Origin: a virus
Lineage: Duplodnaviria; Caudoviricetes
IMG/VR virus record: IMGVR_UViG_2921119228_000004
Coordinates: 13,876 to 77,875 of that record
Length of the DNA: 64,000 nucleotides
Direction: 5' to 3' (one strand)
Shown here: piece after piece, positions 56,892-64,000 of the stretch
How positions within the stretch are numbered: the first letter of the stretch is position 1
Layout: each line of letters opens with the position of its first letter
Program-made: the position numbers and the translations under genes
The notes under the pieces: model-generated
The model's input: the letters and a program-made list of their open reading frames with translations, nothing else
The model's database searches: none
Told to the model about the DNA's origin: nothing

Positions 56892-57650
56892 TTACACTTC
56901 CAGAATTGCAATATCGGGGGCAATATCCTTGATCTTATCCAGCACTTCATCAATACACTTATCTCTGTAACTTTCCATCACTTCATTTGCTCCTGGCGAA
57001 ACAAGTTGCAAAAACACTTCTCCATTTGTCAGATAATGATCGAACTCTATTTCGATAGGCTGTTTTGCAGTTCCCTTGAAGATAGCCATGTTTACGGTAA
57101 AGCTCTTCGGTAAATTACTTTCTACCTGGCAACGGTAAACATCAGCAACGGAGCCAGAAGGATCTCTTTGTTTCTCAATCTCTGCCTTTGCTTTTGCATT
57201 GAAGTTTTTGAGATTGGAAACAAGCACCATGCACTTTTCTTTATCTTCAAACAAACCACGATTCAGACGCAAGAATTGTCCTAATTTGGCAGGGATCCAG
57301 CCCTTTTCACCATCATTAATACCGAACTTCTCAAATGTTTCAGATACTTCAACCGTACCAGTGAACGTGTTTTTATTGTAATAATCATCTTCGTTTACAG
57401 TGAGCTGAATTGTCATTTTCTCACGATTCACAACGACATTTGCACGTTTCTGATCTACAGTATCTATTCGCTTGGAAAGCCATTCATACGGAGTGGAGAT
57501 AGTGCCGGAAACACTGATCTTTTCCGGGGCTTTGGTTGCAAGCGGTTGTTGTGCTTGCGCTGCGTCACCAAGTCTATAAACTACTTCAATAGGTTTCTCT
57601 CCAGTGTAATGTTCGATGTTAATGTTCAAACCTTTGTTTTTTTCTTCCAT
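56892..57650 (-). CDS. hypothetical protein
   Basis: 252-aa ORF. Confidence 0.75.
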   Translation of the reverse strand: MEEKNKGLNINIEHYTGEKPIEVVYRLGDAAQAQQPLATKAPEKISVSGTISTPYEWLSKRIDTVDQKRANVVVNREKMTIQLTVNEDDYYNKNTFTGTVEVSETFEKFGINDGEKGWIPAKLGQFLRLNRGLFEDKEKCMVLVSNLKNFNAKAKAEIEKQRDPSGSVADVYRCQVESNLPKSFTVNMAIFKGTAKQPIEIEFDHYLTNGEVFLQLVSPGANEVMESYRDKCIDEVLDKIKDIAPDIAILEV

Positions 57651-57679
57651 AATGTTTTAAAAATTAAGATGTTAATAAA

Positions 57680-58108
57680 TTAATTATCTGTGCCAGTCAA
57701 GCGCACTGCCATTTGAATTGTTTTCTGCCTTTCTTCCGGCTTCATAGGTCTTTCCTCCAGCAAATAACCGTCTGGCGTATAGTAACCTACTCTTCCTTCG
57801 TCTTGATCTATGAACTTGTAGCACTCACCTTTAATGTACTCACCGCCTTTTCTCAAATCATCAAGCATTTTTCCGATCCGTTCTTGCAGTGGCTTCATTT
57901 TTCCTTTGAAGTCAGCTTTAACTACATCAAAATTTTCTGTCAGTTCTTGCATCTGTATCTGAATTTCTACAAGGTTAGCTCGAAGCTCATTAGTTTCTTC
58001 CTGAGAGAACTTTGAGAGATAACTTTTCTCTACGACCTCATCGCAGCTATCACGTAAAATTTGTGCTCTTTGCTCCACTGGAGTATCAGCCAACATTATA
58101 TCTTTCAT
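57680..58108 (-). CDS. hypothetical protein
   Basis: 142-aa coiled-coil ORF. Confidence 0.75.
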   Translation of the reverse strand: MKDIMLADTPVEQRAQILRDSCDEVVEKSYLSKFSQEETNELRANLVEIQIQMQELTENFDVVKADFKGKMKPLQERIGKMLDDLRKGGEYIKGECYKFIDQDEGRVGYYTPDGYLLEERPMKPEERQKTIQMAVRLTGTDN

Positions 58109-58479
58109 TGCAAAATAAGTTTGATTATTAATGAATTGAAGTCTATTTGAAAGTGGTACTTATTCAAGAGAACAAACAGTAAGATTGCGATTCCTAATAT
58201 GTTATCTATAATTCTCCATGTAAACCACTTCTTAGGGATAAGGCTTAAAACAATCAATGCAAGAAAACCTATCCATTGCGAGCTTATTAAACCTATGAAG
58301 CACAATATAAGGTAGATCCAGTTGCACATTCTCCAAACAGCGAAAACCGGGCTTATCTCAGTGAGATCGTTTTTGTCCTTATACTTTTCCACAGCAGCGA
58401 AAACTTTTTTGCAAGCTGCCAAATTCAGCACTTCAAAGAAAAGGCAGAAGGCTATCAGTATATAAAATATTGTTGTCAT
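58105..58479 (-). CDS. hypothetical membrane protein
   Basis: Several TM helices. Confidence 0.7.
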   Translation of the reverse strand: MTTIFYILIAFCLFFEVLNLAACKKVFAAVEKYKDKNDLTEISPVFAVWRMCNWIYLILCFIGLISSQWIGFLALIVLSLIPKKWFTWRIIDNILGIAILLFVLLNKYHFQIDFNSLIIKLILQ

Positions 58480-59057
58480 TCTTGCACCTTCTTTACATTA
58501 AACATCAAATAATCAAACCACAATTCAATGAATTGCTGCCCGAAATACTTTGCTTTCTCTCTTGATTCTTGCCAAAGCCGAGAGCCGACATGCGCATGCG
58601 TAGTCGAGGGGGCGTTACGCGCATACGCATAACCGAAGCCCGCAAGATTGTTTAGAGCGTCAATAATTGGAATATACACAAGCCCTTCTGTTTCTTTGAT
58701 TTCTCTCTCAGTCCACAAAGCAAACCAGGGGAAATAGAAACGGCTGCTACCGCTTGCATCCGGTTTAGGCTGGTAATTCTTACCCCACAAAGCCCGGCTG
58801 ATTGTTTCAAGTTTGATTAAGGCAATAATCCCTTTTCTTACTCCAGCAGAACGCAAAGCCTTCTCATCAATAGGGGAACACTTTAAAGCAGCACACGCAT
58901 CCTCATAACTTCGGATTGTCGTGTAATCATCAAGGGTAGGGGTTGGTTTCTTTTCACCTTTGCAGAACAAGGCTACCAACACGTTTTTCACTTCTTCACT
59001 TTTAGCAACGTCTAAAGCTGCCTTTACTTCAATCTCAGTAATTTCAATTACTTTCAT
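58476..59057 (-). CDS. DGR target 2: small early-region protein carrying a remote variable repeat
   Basis: Contains LAGFGYAYARNAPSTTHAHVGSRLW matching TR. Confidence 0.88.
   Translation of the reverse strand: MKVIEITEIEVKAALDVAKSEEVKNVLVALFCKGEKKPTPTLDDYTTIRSYEDACAALKCSPIDEKALRSAGVRKGIIALIKLETISRALWGKNYQPKPDASGSSRFYFPWFALWTEREIKETEGLVYIPIIDALNNLAGFGYAYARNAPSTTHAHVGSRLWQESREKAKYFGQQFIELWFDYLMFNVKKVQE
58572..58648 (-). repeat. remote DGR variable repeat VR2
   Basis: 77 bp aligned to TR 19209-19285, 14 mismatches, all at TR adenines. Confidence 0.9.
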
Positions 59058-59176
59058 CTTTTAAAGATTTTAATCGTTTGACAATTTTGTTAGTTAATCG
59101 TATCGCATTATCCACTCTGGTACTTCTACCTTCGTGTGGGATATTTTCTATTAGCACTGGAATAAGCCGGATAAGC

Positions 59177-59629
59177 TCATTTACCAAGTGATTGGGTATT
59201 TTCTTCATCGGCTTTCCTCCAGTTAGGATCGGGATCAGGTATTTCTATATTCAAGTATTCCAAAGCATACTCTCTGAGCTTCTCGCAATATGTTGAGAAT
59301 GTTAACGTGTCCATTGTTGCAGTTGATCCGGGAAATTCTATAATCTCACCCGTATGTTTGTTTACTACTTTGTCTTTAGTCATTTGAGCCTTAAAAAACT
59401 CGTGTACTTGTTCCACGCTTGTAAACTCCCATCCGGCATTAAGCAACCCATCTAACAGCATTGGATAGATACACCCCCATAGCCAGCCGTTTTGATCGTT
59501 GGAACGTGGCTTCCTAACCTTTTTCACTATTACCTGGTAAATCCCATCTACCGAATGAGAAAACAAGTCGTATAACGGTCTAAGGTTGAATAGCCCACCC
59601 TTCTTTTCTATCAAAACTTTATTTGTCAT
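59177..59629 (-). CDS. NinB/Orf-like recombination accessory protein
   Basis: PRSNDQNGWLW..STATM..FSTY pattern. Confidence 0.65.
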   Translation of the reverse strand: MTNKVLIEKKGGLFNLRPLYDLFSHSVDGIYQVIVKKVRKPRSNDQNGWLWGCIYPMLLDGLLNAGWEFTSVEQVHEFFKAQMTKDKVVNKHTGEIIEFPGSTATMDTLTFSTYCEKLREYALEYLNIEIPDPDPNWRKADEENTQSLGK

Positions 59630-59984
59630 ATAGCTGTAGCTGTTTTTCTAAACTCTTTCTAACTGCGTGTATAGCTCCTTCTCTACCTTCAAGGCTTCTC
59701 AGGTAATCTTCCAGCTCCTTACGTGTTTCTGCGATATAGTAGCCTTCACTTGTGGCGATCAGCCCAATCACCATACCCGAAAGTCTAATATGGTTGATAA
59801 TCTTTCTTATTCGTGGACTATCAATTTTACACCCATAAGACTTTAAAGCCGAACACATCGCTTTATTTGTAATCGCTTTATATTTACCCACTTTACCGTG
59901 AAGCCCTTGTACTATGAGAGGCAGAATAACTTTGTCCTCATAATCGGTTAGAGGTTTTGTTTGCTCTGAAAATCCTTGTATCAT
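59619..59984 (-). CDS. hypothetical DNA-binding protein
   Basis: Winged-helix-like RIRKIINHIR..GYYIA. Confidence 0.55.
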   Translation of the reverse strand: MIQGFSEQTKPLTDYEDKVILPLIVQGLHGKVGKYKAITNKAMCSALKSYGCKIDSPRIRKIINHIRLSGMVIGLIATSEGYYIAETRKELEDYLRSLEGREGAIHAVRKSLEKQLQLYDK

Positions 59985-59986
59985 AC

Positions 59987-60721
59987 CTAAAAATTGTTTA
60001 AGGTTATACTCAAACCTGGTTTAGCAGCATAAACCGCCTTTCCAGTAATTTTTTGCACCTCAGATACAAATAAATGCTCATCGCTGTTATTAGATGAGAG
60101 GTGTAAAAGAACTATGTTTGCAACGTTGCTCAAATCGTTTTCTTTTAGAGCTTGTTTGCAACTTTCCAGCTCCATGTGAGAAACCATTAATCTGTTTCTT
60201 TGTGTAGGAAGGACACGCCCGGCATTAATGCTTTCTATCAGTTTTGTATCAGAGTAATTACATTCAATCAGTATATGATTCAATCCAGAAAAAGTATATC
60301 CAGACTGGCAACTATCCGTTAAAAACATAATACTACCACAATCCGGGTGCTTAATGAAATAGCCAACACAAGGTACATCATGGAAAGCAGGGAAGGGGAT
60401 CACCCGAAAACCACCAAGCAGATAGCCCGATCCTATTTTAATGGCTTTTACTCTGGAACCTTTCAATTCCTTGCTTTCTATCACTTCTGGAAGAGCCAAT
60501 ACATGAAAGCCACAATCTACCATTGCCTTAGCATATTTAGCATGATCGTTATGTTGATGAGTTATTAAGCAGCCTACGACTTTGCGAATATTGAAATCCA
60601 AAGCCTTTTTTACGTCTATGAAACGTATTCCAGCCTCGATAATCAAAGCCTCATTGCCGTTATCCAGTATGTAGCAATTACCACTGGACGAGCTGCCCAA
60701 AACTCTTAATTCCATTCCCAT
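59987..60721 (-). CDS. metallo-beta-lactamase-fold nuclease (RecT partner)
   Basis: GSSSSGN, THQHNDH, HDVP, IECNY, SHM, LHLS. Confidence 0.85.
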   Translation of the reverse strand: MGMELRVLGSSSSGNCYILDNGNEALIIEAGIRFIDVKKALDFNIRKVVGCLITHQHNDHAKYAKAMVDCGFHVLALPEVIESKELKGSRVKAIKIGSGYLLGGFRVIPFPAFHDVPCVGYFIKHPDCGSIMFLTDSCQSGYTFSGLNHILIECNYSDTKLIESINAGRVLPTQRNRLMVSHMELESCKQALKENDLSNVANIVLLHLSSNNSDEHLFVSEVQKITGKAVYAAKPGLSITLNNF

Positions 60722-61710
60722 TAGAAACCTGGCTTATTTTCATTGGAAGCCGTTGCAGTATTGGCACTGGTATTAGAAACTTCCTCAAAGCTAACATCTG
60801 ATACATCAAAACGTTGTGTTCCCATTGTGGGCATAGCGTCTGTATGCTCTTCCGCACCCTCAACATCATTTTCAAATGCTTGTTGCATTTCTATAGAGAG
60901 ATAGCCGTATTTACTAAGTAAATTTCTGATAACGGTTTTGATAGCCATCCCATGAAAATTACCGAGCCATCCAACGGTTTTACTGTCTGCCGAGAAAGGC
61001 AGTTCGGCAAGTTTCATAAGGCTTTCTACGGTTGTTTCCTTCTTTAACCCTTTGGAGTAGCGTTTGGCGTGGGTAGCCATTTGTTCAACAGTCATGTACA
61101 ACGTCTTAGAGAAGCCGTTAAGCAATTCAAAATAGCAGAAGTAACCTATGATCTTATCAGACTTCTTTTCTCCGTCAAAAGCGATCTCGCCAGTAAGTTT
61201 GTTCACTTTACGAACTTCACCATCAAAAACGACATCTGCGTTAATGGTACGGTATTGGTTGGATCTTTCCGCAAGCTGAATATAACCCTTGTACCCCAGT
61301 TGAAACGTTGGCTCCATAACCTTGATATACTTTTGGATAGGCTTACCGTCTGAGCCTATTTGGGGCTTACCTTTTTCGTCCAAATCATCTACTTTTTTGC
61401 TATTATTGAAGGGGATAATGAAAGCGTACCCCAAAGCCTTATTGATTGGCAACTTCAAAACAGCAGCTTTCAGACATTCCGCTACAACCGCTTTCGGCTC
61501 GCATAATTGTAAATTTGAATCCGAGTTGTATAGATCAATAATGGAAGCAACAAATGTGGAAGCATTCTTAGAAAGCGCATTTTTAAATTGTTCCATTACA
61601 GAAGGAGCGTTAAGCATAGTTTTCAACACATCTATTTTTTTTGCCTGTGCTGGCATTTTCGTTGATTGGGTACTAACTACTTGTGTACCACTTGAATTTT
61701 CTTGTGTCAT
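60721..61710 (-). CDS. recT: RecT-family single-strand annealing recombinase
   Basis: LGYAFIIPF, FQLGYKGYIQLAERS, MAIKTVIR. Confidence 0.9.
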   Translation of the reverse strand: MTQENSSGTQVVSTQSTKMPAQAKKIDVLKTMLNAPSVMEQFKNALSKNASTFVASIIDLYNSDSNLQLCEPKAVVAECLKAAVLKLPINKALGYAFIIPFNNSKKVDDLDEKGKPQIGSDGKPIQKYIKVMEPTFQLGYKGYIQLAERSNQYRTINADVVFDGEVRKVNKLTGEIAFDGEKKSDKIIGYFCYFELLNGFSKTLYMTVEQMATHAKRYSKGLKKETTVESLMKLAELPFSADSKTVGWLGNFHGMAIKTVIRNLLSKYGYLSIEMQQAFENDVEGAEEHTDAMPTMGTQRFDVSDVSFEEVSNTSANTATASNENKPGF

Positions 61711-61721
61711 AAAATTATTAT

Positions 61722-63716
61722 TTAAAGTTGTTTGTATTCTTCCATTGTTCCATTTCCGGCAACACGTATCATCAAAGATTTATCTTTGCTAACCACGAGG
61801 TTTATTACTTGCGACATGGTAGGTATAAGATCGTTCACACTTTCCCGATTATCAATGAAAATGGGTGCTGTGATACCTACAGATCGACATATAGCGTTTA
61901 TTATATCCAGCCCGGCATTGATTTTTGAAGCATTGTTTACATCGGCAAACGGCACACCATCTACAGAGCAAAAGCAGGTTATAGCCTCATTCCCATTCAA
62001 CTTCTCGCTAATAAACGAGAACTTAACCAAAGAGAACATTCCGTTAATACGTTCCATCAACTTGTTGTCTTTTTCTTTCTGGAAGTCTTGTACCAAAAAC
62101 TCCAAACGTTCTTGTTCTGCCAGAGCTTCATTGTTTTTATCTCTTCTATCCTCCAGATCCTCAATAACTTTATTGGAACGTTCTATAGTATCACGTTTAC
62201 CCAGCTTCTTATTCAGCTCATCTATAGCCTCAGAAAGAATAGCCTTAGCTTCTTTCAACTCTGTTGTGTCTATAGGTTTGGCTTCTGCCTTTAACTGGTT
62301 TTCAAGATCTACGATTTCATTACTGAGAGAAAGCCAGGTAGGATCGGAAAGAATGATCTTTTGTGTATCTTGTTCTTCCGGCATATTCCCTTTACATTCA
62401 TTGATATTATGCACCAATATTTCTTTCTCGTTACTCAACTGAGTTATAGCAGCTTGAATAATTGAACACTGCTTTTTAAGCTCTTCAACTTTTGCAGCTT
62501 TTTCCTTGCCTTCATTTTGCACTGCTTTCAGTCGGTTTGCCTTGTTGAGATTAAAGTTGTCCTGTAATTCTTGTTGCTTGGCTTGAATATCTTCTACCTC
62601 CAACTCTCTTTTACAAGTCGGGCAAATAAAAGCTCCTTCCGGGTACTGTAACGTTTCCGCATCTATGGCATAGAACTTACCTCTCAATACTTCCAAATCA
62701 TTATTTAGAGCTTCGATAGTAGCTTTGATACGAGAATGATCCTCTTGTTTACGGGATATTTCAGCATCCTTGCTTTTAACTTGATATTCCAGCTTTGAAA
62801 TATTATCCAGTACGTCATGGTAGGATTTATTGGCATTTTGTCTTATCTCATTTTCTCTTTGCGACTTGGCAAGTTTTTTGTTCCCGATTTGCTTTTGCAA
62901 CTCAGATTTGGCTTTGAACTCTGCTTCTATCTGTTTGCTTTTATCGGCTAACTGGCTATCAATATCTTTAATTTTCTCTTTTTTGTCGGCTATTTCCTTC
63001 TCCAAAACCGCCCAGTCCTCACTTTCAGGCATTGCATCACGTACCGAATCAATTCTACCAGGAATACCCTTTAACTCATCTTTGATAGCTGATTTCTTAG
63101 AGGCTATTTCTTTTGCTAATTGCTCTAAGGTTCTGCCTGAAATAAGACTAATCAGCTCTTGAAACTTTGGATTGATATTGGCTACTTCCTCATTCGTAAC
63201 GTTACCAGCCATTTCAAGCAACATAGCTTTCTGATCTTGCGCCTTCATGGTCGGGAAATATAACGGGTTAGTAATCATTCTAAAAACATCTTCCGGCAAG
63301 ATCGCTGCTACTTCCGCATCATACTCCTTTTTCGTTTTGAGTTTTACACCATTCAAATAAAACTCTGTAGCATGGTTTTGAAGGACACCAGCGTTTACAC
63401 CACTTCCCCATTTTTCAACATAGTTACGTTGCAGTTCAACATCTCTGCCATTGATAGACAATACACCAGTTACGCTATGTACAAGGTGTAAGATTGTTTT
63501 TCCATCTTCTCCCAACGTTTTAATGTTAAAGTTGGTATCAGCCCTATTCGTGCTGTCCTTCCCAAATAACAGCCACAAGAACGCATCTTGAAGCGTTGTC
63601 TTTCCTGTGCCATTTCCACCACAGATAAAGGTATTTTTATCTGTAAACTCTACTGTTAGATCCTGAATTTTCTTGAAATTCTTTAGGATCAATTTCTTTA
63701 AGAATACTTCTTTCAT
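61722..63716 (-). CDS. SMC/AAA-like coiled-coil ATPase
   Basis: GGNGTGKTT, long coiled coil with central CPTC, PIFIDNRES. Confidence 0.85.
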   Translation of the reverse strand: MKEVFLKKLILKNFKKIQDLTVEFTDKNTFICGGNGTGKTTLQDAFLWLLFGKDSTNRADTNFNIKTLGEDGKTILHLVHSVTGVLSINGRDVELQRNYVEKWGSGVNAGVLQNHATEFYLNGVKLKTKKEYDAEVAAILPEDVFRMITNPLYFPTMKAQDQKAMLLEMAGNVTNEEVANINPKFQELISLISGRTLEQLAKEIASKKSAIKDELKGIPGRIDSVRDAMPESEDWAVLEKEIADKKEKIKDIDSQLADKSKQIEAEFKAKSELQKQIGNKKLAKSQRENEIRQNANKSYHDVLDNISKLEYQVKSKDAEISRKQEDHSRIKATIEALNNDLEVLRGKFYAIDAETLQYPEGAFICPTCKRELEVEDIQAKQQELQDNFNLNKANRLKAVQNEGKEKAAKVEELKKQCSIIQAAITQLSNEKEILVHNINECKGNMPEEQDTQKIILSDPTWLSLSNEIVDLENQLKAEAKPIDTTELKEAKAILSEAIDELNKKLGKRDTIERSNKVIEDLEDRRDKNNEALAEQERLEFLVQDFQKEKDNKLMERINGMFSLVKFSFISEKLNGNEAITCFCSVDGVPFADVNNASKINAGLDIINAICRSVGITAPIFIDNRESVNDLIPTMSQVINLVVSKDKSLMIRVAGNGTMEEYKQL

Positions 63717-64000
63717 AATTTGTTTATATAAGTGTCTATTTTCTCTGTCTTTTCGATAGTTAATAATTCAGCTCTGGAGTATAGTATTTTGGAGCGTTTC
63801 TCTGCTCCATTCCTTGTAGGGTGTACAAGTTGCTGGCGTACCCACCGTTTTACACGAGCCTCACCGAATGATTTATAAGCCTCCCTTTGGGAAATGAGAT
63901 CTTTTGCCGGAAATACCATTTTTGCGTAATTGGCAGCTCCAAGCTCAGCCATATCTTTACAGAGATTTTTAAGCTCGTATAGCTCCAGTACAATACCCAT
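63713..64000 (-). CDS. hypothetical small DNA-binding protein
   Basis: 95-aa ORF, ISQREAY..RVKRW (MerR/Xis-like). Confidence 0.55.
   Translation of the reverse strand: MGIVLELYELKNLCKDMAELGAANYAKMVFPAKDLISQREAYKSFGEARVKRWVRQQLVHPTRNGAEKRSKILYSRAELLTIEKTEKIDTYINKL

Larger units (their letters stand above)
10458..64000. mobile_element. temperate siphovirus-like prophage (continues past window end)
   Basis: Lysis, tail, tape measure, capsid, portal, terminase, replication and recombination genes in phage order, starting at a tRNA att remnant. Confidence 0.95.

Overview
Bacteroidales (Bacteroides/Parabacteroides-like) chromosome window, mostly filled by a siphovirus-type prophage running from a truncated tRNA-Arg(CCT) att remnant (10458-10499) past the right edge. 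It has lysis, tail, head, packaging, replication and recombination modules on the - strand, and a + strand accessory block (34082-42705) wedged inside the head module. Left of the att site is a separate small integrative element (tyrosine integrase, HTH excisionase, Rep_trans-like initiator, MNT-HEPN toxin-antitoxin between 53-bp direct repeats), then hypothetical genes and a partial ADP-ribosylglycohydrolase fusion gene. Main observations: (1) a diversity-generating retroelement whose template repeat (19206-19320) matches both the adjacent tail/adhesin gene and a second variable repeat about 39 kb away (58572-58648) in a small early-region gene, with every mismatch at a template adenine; (2) two prophage DNA methyltransferases each interrupted by an out-of-frame simple repeat, (AG)10 and G11, consistent with phase variation; (3) an RtcB / ADP-ribosylglycohydrolase / MuF-ADP-ribosyltransferase neighbourhood; (4) two structured 5' leaders with the same alternative-pairing architecture. 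All calls come from motif reading and manual alignment; no database searches were run.
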